The notes beneath the pieces are model-generated. The model was given only the letters and a program-made list of their open reading frames with translations. It was not told the origin of the DNA and ran no database searches. From the NCBI RefSeq assembly GCF_046119375.1, contig NW_027362762.1, forward strand, positions 354,516,001-354,580,000: a stretch of DNA of 64,000 nucleotides, read 5' to 3'. Positions 34,625 through 46,700 of this stretch are shown in pieces. A program made the position numbers and the translations under genes. Each line of letters begins with the position of its first letter. Position 1 is the first letter of the stretch. The DNA is from Phyllobates terribilis. Its lineage: Eukaryota.

Positions 34625-37600
34625 AGATGCAGAAAAAAATATATTCAGTTTGCAACCTGATGGAGGTCAGTATAGATGGACTAATAGAGAAAGTCCGACA
34701 CACTGCTACAAGGCCAAATATTTTTTCAGAGGTAGATGCAGAAAAAAATTATATTCAGTTTGCAACCTGATGGAGGTCTGTATAGATGGATTAATAGAAC
34801 AAGACCCACACACAGCTAGAAGCCCAATATTTTTTCAGAGGTAGATGCAGAAAAACATATATTCAGTTTGCAACCTGATGGAGGTCAGTATAGATGGACT
34901 AATACAACAAGTCCCACACACAGCTAGAAGCCCAAATATTTTTTCAGAGGTACTGTAGATGCAGATAAAAATTATTTTTAATTTGCAACCTGATGGAGGT
35001 CAGTATAGATGGACTAATACAACAAGTCCCACACACAGCTAGAAGCCCAAATATTTTTTCAGAGGTACTGTAGATGCAGATACAAATTATTTTTAATTTG
35101 CAACCTGATGGAGGTCAGTATAGATGGACTAATACAACAAGTCCCACACACAGCTAGAAGCCCAAATATTTTTTCAGAGGTACTGTAGATGCAGATAAAA
35201 ATTATTTTTAATTTGCAACCTGATGGAGGTCAGTATAGATGGACTAATAGAGAAAGTCCGACACACTGCTAGAAGGCCAAATATTTTTTCAGAGCTAGAT
35301 GCAGAAAAAAATTATATTCAGTTTGCAACCTGATGGAGGTCAGTATAGATGGATTAATAGAACAAGACCCACACACAGCTAGAAGCCCAATATTTTTTCA
35401 GAGGTAGATGCAGAAAAAAATATATTCAGTTTGCAACCTGATGGAGGTCAGTATAGATGGACTAATACAACAAGTCCCACACACAGCTAGGAGCCCAAAT
35501 ATTTTTTCAGAGGTACTGTAGATGCAGATAAAAATTATTTTTAATTTGCAACCTGATGGAGGTCAGTATAGATGGACTAATACAACAAGTCCCACACACA
35601 GCTAGAAGCCCAAATATTTTTTCAGAGGTACTGTAGATGCAGATACAAATTATTTTTAATTTGCAACCTGATGGAGGTCAGTATAGATGGACTAATACAA
35701 CAAGTCCCACACACAGCTAGAAGCCCAAATATTTTTTCAGAGGTAGATGTAGAAAAAAATATATTCAGTTTGCAACCTGATGGAGGTCAGTATAGATGGA
35801 CTAATACAACAAGTCCCACACACAGCTAGAAGCCCAAATATTTTTTCAGAGGTACTGTAGATGCAGATACAAATTATTTTTAATTTGCAACCTGATGGAG
35901 GTCAGTATAGATGGACTAATACAACAAGTCCCACACACAGCTAGAAGCCCAAATATTTTTTCAGAGGTACTGTAGATGCAGATAAAAATTATTTTTAATT
36001 TGCAACCTGATGGAGGTCAGTATAGATGGACTAATACAACAAGTCCCACACACAGCTAGAAGCCCAAATATTTTTTCAGAGGTACTGTAGATGCAGATAC
36101 AAATTATTTTTAATTTGCAACCTGATGGAGGTCAGTATAGATGGACTAATACAACAAGTCCCACACACAGCTAGAAGCCCAAATATTTTTTCAGAGGTAG
36201 ATGCAGAAAAAAATATATTCAGTTTGCAACCTGATGGAGGTCAGTATAGATGGACTAATACAACAAGTCCCACACACAGCTAGAAGCCCAAATATTTTTT
36301 CAGAGGTACTGTAGATGCAGATACAAATTATTTTTAATTTGCAACCTGATGGAGGTCAGTATAGATGGACTAATACAACAAGTCCCACACACAGCTAGAA
36401 GCCCAAATATTTTTTCAGAGGTACTGTAGATGCAGATAAAAATTATTTTTAATTTGCAACCTGATGGAGGTCAGTATAGATGGACTAATAGAGAAAGTCC
36501 GACACACTGCTAGAAGGCCAAATATTTTTTCAGAGCTAGATGCAGAAAAAAATTATATTCAGTTTGCAACCTGATGGAGGTCAGTATAGATGGATTCATA
36601 GAACAAGACCCACACACAGCTAGAAGCCCAATATTTTTTCAGAGGTAGATGCAGAAAAAAATATATTCAGTTTTCAACCTGATGGAGGTCAGTATAGATG
36701 GACTAATACAACAAGTCCCACACACAGCTAGAAGCCCAAATATTTTTTCAGAGGTACTGTAGATGCAGATAAAAATTATTTTTAATTTGCAACCTGATGG
36801 AGGTCAGTATAGATGGACTAATACAACAAGTCCCACACACAGCTAGAAGCCCAAATATTTTTTCAGAGGTACTGTAGATGCAGATACAAATTATTTTTAA
36901 TTTGCAACCTGATGGAGGTCAGTATAGATGGACTAATACAACAAGTCCCACACACAGCTAGAAGCCCAAATATTTTTTCAGAGGTAGATGCAGAAAAAAA
37001 TATATTCAGTTTGCAACCTGATGGAGGTCAGTATAGATGGACTAATACAACAAGTCCCACACACAGCTAGAAGCCCAAATATTTTTTCAGAGGTACTGTA
37101 GATGCAGATAAAAATTATTTTTCATTTGCAACCTGATGGAGGTCAGTATAGATGGACTAATACAACAAGTCCCACACACAGCTAGAAGCCCAAATATTTT
37201 TTTCAGAGGTACTGTAGATGCAGATACAAATTATTTTTAATTTGCAACCTGATGGAGGTCAGTATAGATGGACTAATAGAGAAAGTCCGACACACTGCTA
37301 GAAGGCCAAATATTTTTTCAGAGCTAGATGCAGAAAAAAATTATATTCAGTGTGCAACCTGATGGAGGTCAGTATAGATGGATTAATAGAACAAGTCCCA
37401 CACACAGCTAGAAGCCCAAATATTTTTTCAGAGGTACTGTAGATGCAGATACAAATTATTTTTAATTTGCAACCTGATGGAGGTCAGTATAGATGGACTA
37501 ATACAACAAGTCCCACACACAGCTAGAAGCCCAAATATTTTTTCAGAGGTAGATGCAGAAAAAAATATATTCAGTTTGCAACCTGATGGAGGTCAGTATA

Positions 37601-40600
37601 GATGGACTAATACAACAAGTCCCACACACAGCTAGAAGCCCAAATATTTTTTCAGAGGTACTGTAGATGCAGATACAAATTATTTTTAATTTGCAACCTG
37701 ATGGAGGTCAGTATAGATGGACTAATACAACAAGTCCCACACACAGCTAGAAGCCCAAATATTTTTTCAGAGGTACTGTAGATGCAGATAAAAATTATTT
37801 TTAATTTGCAACCTGATGGAGGTCAGTATAGATGGACTAATAGAGAAAGTCCGACACACTGCTAGAAGGCCAAATATTTTTTCAGAGCTAGATGCAGAAA
37901 AAAATTATATTCAGTTTGCAACCTGATGGAGGTCAGTATAGATGGATTAATAGAACAAGACCCACACACAGCTAGAAGCCCAATATTTTTTCAGAGGTAG
38001 ATGCAGAAAAAAATATATTCAGTTTGCAACCTGATGGAGGTCAGTATAGATGGACTAATACAACAAGTCCCACACACAGCTAGAAGCCCAAATATTTTTT
38101 CAGAGGTACTGTAGATGCAGATAAAAATTATTTTTAATTTGCAACCTGATGGAGGTCAGTATAGATGGACTAATACAACAAGTCCCACACACAGCTAGAA
38201 GCCCAAATATTTTTTCAGAGGTACTGTAGATGCAGATACAAATTATTTTTAATTTGCAACCTGATGGAGGTCAGTATAGATGGACTAATACAACAAGTCC
38301 CACACACAGCTAGAAGCCCAAATATTTTTTCAGAGGTAGATGCAGAAAAAAATATATTCAGTTTGCAACCTGATGGAGGTCAGTATAGATGGACTAATAC
38401 AACAAGTCCCACACACAGCTAGAAGCCCAAATATTTTTTCAGAGGTACTGTAGATGCAGATAAAAATTATTTTTAATTTGCAACCTGATGGAGGTCAGTA
38501 TAGATGGACTAATACAACAAGTCCCACACACAGCTAGAAGCCCAAATATTTTTTCAGAGGTACTGTAGATGCAGATAAAAATTATTTTTAATTTGCAACC
38601 TGATGGAGGTCAGTATAGATGGACTAATACAACAAGTCCCACACACAGCTAGAAGCCCAAATATTTTTTCAGAGGTACTGTAGATGCAGATACAAATTAT
38701 TTTTAATTTGCAACCTGATGGAGGTCAGTATAGATGGACTAATACAACAAGTCCCACACACAGCTAGAAGCCCAAATATTTTTTCAGAGGTAGATGCAGA
38801 AAAAAATATATTCAGTTTGCAACCTGATGGAGGTCAGTATAGATGGACTAATACAACAAGTCCCACACACAGCTAGAAGCCCAAATATTTTTTCAGAGGT
38901 ACTGTAGATGCAGATACAAATTATTTTTAATTTGCAACCTGATGGAGGTCAGTATAGATGGACTAATACAACAAGTCCCACACACAGCTAGAAGCCCAAA
39001 TATTTTTTCAGAGGTACTGTAGATGCAGATAAAAATTATTTTTAATTTGCAACCTGATGGAGGTCAGTATAGATGGACTAATAGAGCAAGTCCGACACAC
39101 TGCTAGAAGGCCAAATATTTTTTCAGAGCTAGATGCAGAAAAAAATTATATTCAGTTTGCAACCTGATGGAGGTCAGTATAGATGGATTCATAGAACAAG
39201 ACCCACACACAGCTAGAAGCCCAATATTTTTTCAGAGGTAGATGCAGAAAAAAATATATTCAGTTTGCAACCTGATGGAGGTCAGTATAGATGGACTAAT
39301 ACAACAAGTCCCACACACAGCTAGAAGCCCAAATATTTTTTCAGAGGTACTGTAGATGCAGATAAAAATTATTTTTAATTTGCAACCTGATGGAGGTCAG
39401 TATAGATGGACTAATACAACAAGTCCCACACACAGCTAGAAGCCCAAATATTTTTTCAGAGGTACTGTAGATGCAGATACAAATTATTTTTAATTTGCAA
39501 CCTGATGGAGGTCAGTATAGATGGACTAATACAACAAGTCCCACACACAGCTAGAAGCCCAAATATTTTTTCAGAGGTAGATGCAGAAAAAAATATATTC
39601 AGTTTGCAACCTGATGGAGGTCAGTATAGATGGACTAATACAACAAGTCCCACACACAGCTAGAAGCCCAAATATTTTTTCAGAGGTACTGTAGATGCAG
39701 ATAAAAATTATTTTTAATTTGCAACCTGATGGAGGTCAGTATAGATGGACTAATACAACAAGTCCCACACACAGCTAGAAGCCCAAATATTTTTTTCAGA
39801 GGTACTGTAGATGCAGATACAAATTATTTTTAATTTGCAACCTGATGGAGGTCAGTATAGATGGACTAATAGAGAAAGTCCGACACACTGCTAGAAGGCC
39901 AAATATTTTTTCAGAGCTAGATGCAGAAAAAAATTATATTCAGTTTGCAACCTGATGGAGGTCAGTATAGATGGATTAATAGAACAAGTCCCACACACAG
40001 CTAGAAGCCCAAATATTTTTTCAGAGGTACTGTAGATGCAGATACAAATTATTTTTAATTTGCAACCTGATGGAGGTCAGTATAGATGGACTAATACAAC
40101 AAGTCCCACACACAGCTAGAAGCCCAAATATTTTTTCAGAGGTAGATGCAGAAAAAAATATATTCAGTTTGCAACCTGATGGAGGTCAGTATAGATGGAC
40201 TAATAGAGAAAGTCCGACACACTGCTAGAAGGCCAAATATTTTTTCAGAGCTAGATGCAGAAAAAAATTATATTCAGTTTGCAACCTGATGGAGGTCAGT
40301 ATAGATGGATTAATAGAACAAGACCCACACACAGCTAGAAGCCCAATATTTTTTCAGAGGTACATGCAGAAAAAAATATATTCAGTTTGCAACCTGATGG
40401 AGGTCAGTATAGATGGACTAATACAACAAGTCCCACACACAGCTAGAAGCCCAAATATTTTTTCAGAGGTACTGTAGATGCAGATAAAAATTATTTTTAA
40501 TTTGCAACCTGATGGAGGTCAGTATAGATGGACTAATACAACAAGTCCCACACACAGCTAGAAGCCCAAATATTTTTTCAGAGGTACTGTAGATGCAGAT

Positions 40601-41892
40601 ACAAATTATTTTTAATTTGCAACCTGATGGAGGTCAGTATAGATGGACTAATACAACAAGTCCCACACACAGCTAGAAGCCCAAATATTTTTTCAGAGGT
40701 AGATGCAGAAAAAAATATATTCAGTTTGCAACCTGATGGAGGTCAGTATAGATGGACTAATACAACAAGTCCCACACACAGCTAGAAGCCCAAATATTTT
40801 TTCAGAGGTACTGTAGATGCAGATAAAAATTATTTTTAATTTGCAACCTGATGGAGGTCAGTATAGATGGACTAATACAACAAGTCCCACACACAGCTAG
40901 AAGCCCAAATATTTTTTTCAGAGGTACTGTAGATGCAGATACAAATTATTTTTAATTTGCAACCTGATGGAGGTCAGTATAGATGGACTAATAGAGAAAG
41001 TCCGACACACTGCTAGAAGGCCAAATATTTTTTCAGAGCTAGATGCAGAAAAAAATTATATTCAGTTTGCAACCTGATGGAGGTCAGAATAGATGGATTA
41101 ATAGAACAAGTCCCACACACAGCTAGAAGCCCAAATATTTTTTCAGAGGTACTGTAGATGCAGATACAAATTATTTTTAATTTGCAACCTGATGGAGGTC
41201 AGTATAGATGGACTAATACAACAAGTCCCACACACAGCTAGAAGCCCAAATATTTTTTCAGAGGTAGATGCAGAAAAAAATATATTCAGTTTGCAACCTG
41301 ATGGAGGTCAGTATAGATGGACTAATACAACAAGTCCCACACACAGCTAGAAGCCCAAATATTTTTTCAGAGGTACTGTAGATGCAGATAAAAATTATTT
41401 TTAATTTGCAACCTGATGGAGGTCAGTATAGATGGACTAATACAACAAGTCCCACACACAGCTAGAAGCCCAAATATTTTTTCAGAGGTACTGTAGATGC
41501 AGATACAAATTATTTTTAATTTGCAACCTGATGGAGGTCAGTATAGATGGACTAATAGAGAAAGTCCGACACACTGCTAGAAGGCCAAATATTTTTTCAG
41601 AGCTAGATGCAGAAAAAAATTATATTCAGTTTGCAACCTGATGGAGGTCAGTATAGATGGATTAATAGAACAAGACCCACACACAGCTAGAAGCCCAAAT
41701 ATTTTTTCAGAGGTAGATGCAGAAAAAAATATATTCAGTTTGCAACCTCATGGAGGTCAGTATAGATGGACTAATACAACAAGTCCCACACACAGCTAGA
41801 AGCCCAAATATTTTTTCAGAGGTACTGTAGATGCAGATAAAAATTAGTTTTAATTTGCAACCTGATGGAGGTCAGTATAGATGGACTAATAT
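34625..41892. repeat. Tandem satellite of 109-115 bp monomers (about 65 copies, 7.3 kb) with higher-order structure
   Basis: Same monomer as 5760-8245 plus an ACTGT-insertion variant; the marker variant GAGAAAGTCCGACAC recurs at spacings 563, 1241, 788, 564, 1241, 788, 334, 788, 564. Confidence 0.97.
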
Positions 41893-42810
41893 AATGATGC
41901 TATGCCCAAAAGATTTTACTTCACTAGGTGCAGTAAAAAAATTGGTATTCTATACACAGGTGGTATATCTTGCAGCACAGATAGGCTACTCCACTGACTA
42001 ACACACTCTGCAATAGGCCAAAAAGGATTAGCTTTGCTAGATTCAGCCAAATGCTGTGAAAAAAACTTGCACAGCACTGGCACAGACCTGCCTAGCAAAA
42101 ACTGATAGGAACTGATGTAACCTAGTCCTGAAAAGGACTCCAATTACAATTAGTCTTTACTCCCACAACCTATCTATTTAAGAGCACAGACCTCCATGAT
42201 AAAAGTCGTAGGAAATGCTGTAACCTAGTCCTTAAAAGGACTGCAATCACAACTATTCCCTACTCCCAAGCTATCGGTATATTTGTGCGAAAATTGGCTT
42301 GAAAATAACAAGGTATAGCGCACACAGCAACAGCGGTGCCGTCTAACATGCAGCTGCAGCAGTGAGAAAATGGTGGCGACGGGGAAAATGGCTTGGTCTT
42401 ATAGGGCAAGGACATGTGACATACACTGCCAATGACACATGCCCTTGCTTGTGTGAAAAAAAGCACTTCGCTCCGTGTGTGCGCTGCTGATAGGCTGACA
42501 GATTGCACCTCCCCACTGCAAATGCGGGAAAGAGAAAAAAAAATGGAGATCTTCATTGTTCCTGCAGAGATCCATCCCCTGCCCCTCCCCCCACCCCGCT
42601 GTACACTCAAACTGCGTATTAACATTAATTTTCATCATTACTGAGAAAAAATCCAGTTATAATTTTGGTGCACGAACAGTTATCGAACATAACCTCGAAC
42701 AGCCGAATTTTTATCAAATTGTTCGTGTTCGCCGAACGGCTCGAACACCGCACAAAACAGCTCGAATTTGAGATTGGCGAACAGTTCGAGTAGAACAACG
42801 CTCATCTCTA

Positions 42811-44155
42811 GTTAGGTTGCCTTGATCCAAAGGTGGTGCTCTCGATGTCGGAGAGCGCTCAACACCAGCTGGTGTTTCCACCTCCAAATAAAATGATGAC
42901 CTGCCAATCAAGCTGGCTGTTGCGGGTAAAGAGGTGGCAGGTCTGCGTCCCAAAACAGGTGTGACTGCTGTCCCCCAGTCACAGAGGATGAAGAGGCCGT
43001 GGATGCACAAGATGGGGCAGACGGTGGTTGGCCCGGCCCGCTAGGCCGCATTGTAGCACAGTGAGCTTCCCACTGCAACTTATGCTTCATATACATGTGA
43101 CGGTTCATGCATGAAGTACTCAAACTATGGGTTTTTTGGCCTCTTCTTAGCTTTTGGTGACAAATGTTACAGATAACACAATTTGGGTCATCCTTATCGA
43201 TATGAAAAAATGCCCAGGCTATGGAAGGCTTAGCACCCATGCGACCTTAAGAGCCACCACGACTTGTGGTCAGAGGCAGAGTTGTGTTTGAGGATACAGT
43301 TGTTGACGTGCTTCCAGTACTGTGTCTCTGTCCAGGAAGGCACAACCTGACTTCGTCGTCACTAGCATACTCCTCCACCTCCTCTGCTGACCTCATCGAC
43401 TGGCTGACTGTGGGTTGACAGTAAGTGGGTTCTGCAACTTCTTCATCATCACCCTGTGTGTTCTCACACCCATCGTCCTCAGAGCCAACCTCTTCCTGCC
43501 CTGACAAAAAACTCAAGTTGTCGCTCCAATCAGGTATTTGAGTCTCATCATCGTCTTCCTCATTGTCTCCACCAACAGGAGTTACAGTATGGGAACGAGG
43601 GTCTACATTATGGTCAGAACCTTCTGCATCTGGTCCTGGATCCGACTCATAAAGATTCTGGGCATCAGTGCAGATCATTTCCTCGTCTGGATTCACAGAA
43701 GCTCTGGAGCCGACCTCTGATACCCAGGCTATAGTATGAGTAAACAGCTCTGCAGACTCAACCATCTGTTCTACCCCATACTCAGATGGGCAGCTGGAGA
43801 CTTGGGAGCTGTGAGGAAGCAAGTGCGATTGGGGTGACACCTCTGAGGACTGGAGTATTTGTGATGTTGAAGTTGAGGTGGAGGAGAGCCCACTTAAAGG
43901 AGCACTTGATATCCGTTGAAGCACCTGCTGTTTTTGTGCCTCATCTGAAATTTGTAGTGATTGGCTTGGCCGTAAGAAAGGGATCGTATCACATTGTCCG
44001 CTAAAAGAAGTAGACTTCTTAGTTTGGCTGGAAGATGGTCTTTCTTCTGTAGATGTTACTGTTGCTTTAACACCTACCCCACGGACACAACCTTTTTTTC
44101 CCTTCCCAACACGCCTATTCCCCTTTCCACCAGCAGCAGGCCTTTTTCCATTAAT
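42811..44155 (-). pseudogene. hAT-A transposase N-terminal part (acidic region and BED finger); start codon mutated ATG to ATT
   Basis: ORFs 43247-43924, 42908-43240, 42714-43010; collinear with 33165-34507. Confidence 0.9.
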
Positions 44156-46700
44156 TTTGGTGGTTAACTAATTGACAACTCTGGAGTTGTTTGCACAGAA
44201 AACGATGGATGGCAACCGAGCAGAGCTGAGTGGCCAAACTGTGGTATTAGCCCAAAAGGATTGGCTGCGTTAGATGCAGTAAAACAATTTTATTACATAC
44301 ACAGGTGGTGGAGCTTAGTTTAGATGGACTAATAGAATGAGTCCCACACACTGCTACAAGCCCAAAACTATTTTCCGAGCTAGATGCAGATAAAAATTAT
44401 TTGTAATTTGCAAGCTGGTGGAGCTTAGTATAGATGGCCTAATAGAATGATGCTATGCCCAAAAGGTTTTACTTGGCTAGGTGCAGTAAAAAAAAATTTA
44501 TTCTATACACAGGTGGTGTAGCTTGCAACACAGATACGCTACTCCACTGACTAACACACACTGCAAGAGGCCAAAAAGGATTTGCTTAGCTAGATTTAGC
44601 CAAATGCTGTGAAAAATACTTGCACAGCACTGGCACAGACCTGCCTGGCAAAAAGTCCTAGGAAATGCTGTAACCTAGTCCTCAAAAGGACTGCAATTAC
44701 AACTAGTCCCTACTCCCAAGCTGTCTATTTAAGAGCACAGACCTGCCTGCTAAAAGTCGCAGGAAATGCTGTAACCTAGTCCTCAAAAGGACTTCAATTA
44801 TAAGTAGACCCTACTCCCAACCTATCTATTTAAGAGCACAGACCTGCCTTCTAAAAGTCGTGGGAAATGCTGTAACCTAGTCCTCAAAAGGACTGCAATC
44901 ACAACTATTTCCTACTCCCAAGCTATCTGTATATTTCTGAGAAAATTGGCTTGAAATTAACACTGAAAGTATAGCGCACACAGCAACAGCGGTGCCGTCT
45001 AACACGCAGCTGCAGCGGTGAGAAAATGGTGGCGACGGGGAAAATGGCTGGGTCTTATAGGGCAAGGACATGTGACATACATAGCCAATGACACATGCCC
45101 TTGCATGTGTGGAAAAAAAGCAGTTCACTCCATGTGTGCGCTTCTGATAGGCTGACAGATTGCACCTCCCCACTGTAAATGCGGGAAAGAGAAAATAAAA
45201 TGGAGATCTTCATTATTTATGCAGAGATCCATCCCCTGCCCTTCCCCCTGCCCCGCTGTACACTCAAACTGCGTATTAACATTGATTATCAGCATTACTG
45301 TGAAAAAATCCAGTTATGATTTTGGTGCACGAACAGTTATCGAACATAACCTCGAACAGCCGGATTTTTTTCAAATCGTTCGTGTTCGCCGAACGGCTCG
45401 AACACAGCTCAAAACAGCTCGAATTTGAGATTGGCGAACAGTTCGAGTCGAACACCGCTCATCTCTAATCATTACTTTAAGAAATGAAGGTCAGTCAGTC
45501 CGAAAAATTGGGAAAACTTTGAAAGTGTCCCCAAGTGGAGTTGCAAAAACCATCAAGCGCTACAAAGAAACTGGCTCACATGTGGACCGCCCCAGGAAAG
45601 GAAGACCAAGAGTCACCTCTGCTTCTGAGGATAAGTTTATCCGAGTCACCAGCCTCAGAAATCACAGGTTAACAGCAGCTCAGATTAGAGACCAGGTCAA
45701 TGCCACACAGAGTTCTAGCAGCAGACACATCTCTCCAACAACTGTTAAGAGGAGACTTTGTGCTGCAGGCCTTCATGGTAAAATAGCTGCTAGGAAACCA
45801 CTGCTAAGGACAGGCAACAAGCAGAAGAGACTTGTTTGGGCTAAAGAACACAAGGAATGGACATTAGACCAGTGGAAATCTGTGCTTTGGTCTGATGAGT
45901 CCAAATTTGAGATCTTTGGTTCCAACCAACGTGTCTTTGTGTGACGCAGAAAACGTGAACGGATGGACTCTACATGCCTGGTTCCCACCGTGAAGCATGG
46001 AGAAGGAGGTGTGCTGGTGTGGGGGGGCTTTGCTGGTGACACTGTTGCGGATTTATTCAAAATTGAAGGCATACTGAACCAGCATGGCTACCACAGCATC
46101 TTGCAGCGGCATGCTATTCCATCAGGTTTGCGTTTAGTAGGACCATCATTTATTTTTCAACAGGACAATGACCCCAAACACTCCTCCAGGCTGTGTAAGT
46201 GCTATTTGACCAAGAAGGAGAGTGATGGGGTGCTACGCCAGATGACCTGGCCTCCACAGTCACCAGACCTGAACCCAATCGAAATGGTTTGGGGTGAGCT
46301 GGACCGCAGAGTGAAGGCAAAAGGGCCAACAAGTGCTAAGCATCTCTCGGAACTCCTTCAAGATTGTTGGAAGACCATTTCTGGCGACTACCTCTTGAAG
46401 CTCATCAAGAGTAGAGATGAGCGGTGTTCGACTAGAACTGTTCGCCAATCTCAAATTCGAGCTGTTTTGGGCGGTGTTGTTCGACGAACCCGAACGATTT
46501 GCAAAAAATTCGGCTGTTCGAGGTTATGTTCGATAACTGTTCGTGCACCAAAAGCGTGTTCTGCATGTCTGGCGCTATTTAGAGCACCAATCATGCAGGG
46601 ATTGTCTGCCACTCACTGTAATGCCACAGCCATGGTGGTTGTGGCATTACAGTGATTGCCCAAATCGATGGGAACAGTGCCAACAGTGAAACATGAAAAG

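Larger units (their letters stand above)
26342..42810 (-). mobile_element. hAT-B: complete 16,469-bp composite hAT inserted into the hAT-A transposase gene
   Basis: GTTAGGTT|TAGTGTTGAGCC ... CGCTCATCTCTA|GTTAGGTT: perfect 8-bp TSD (26334-26341, 42811-42818); the flanks rejoin to give ...LDQGNLT|CQPASSSQT... of the transposase. Confidence 0.96.
19749..45467 (-). mobile_element. hAT-A: about 9.2-kb composite hAT element (25.7 kb including nested hAT-B)
   Basis: ATCAATAC|TAGAGTTTAGCC ... CCGCTCATCTCTA|ATCATTAC: 8-bp TSD with 1 mismatch and imperfect TIRs; interrupts the DD38E transposase at codons AIITLRNE. Confidence 0.92.

Noticed and set aside
34625-41892. CRISPR-like regular array (also 5760-8245)
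   Set aside because: No unique spacers and no cas genes; whole monomers are repeated; eukaryotic context.
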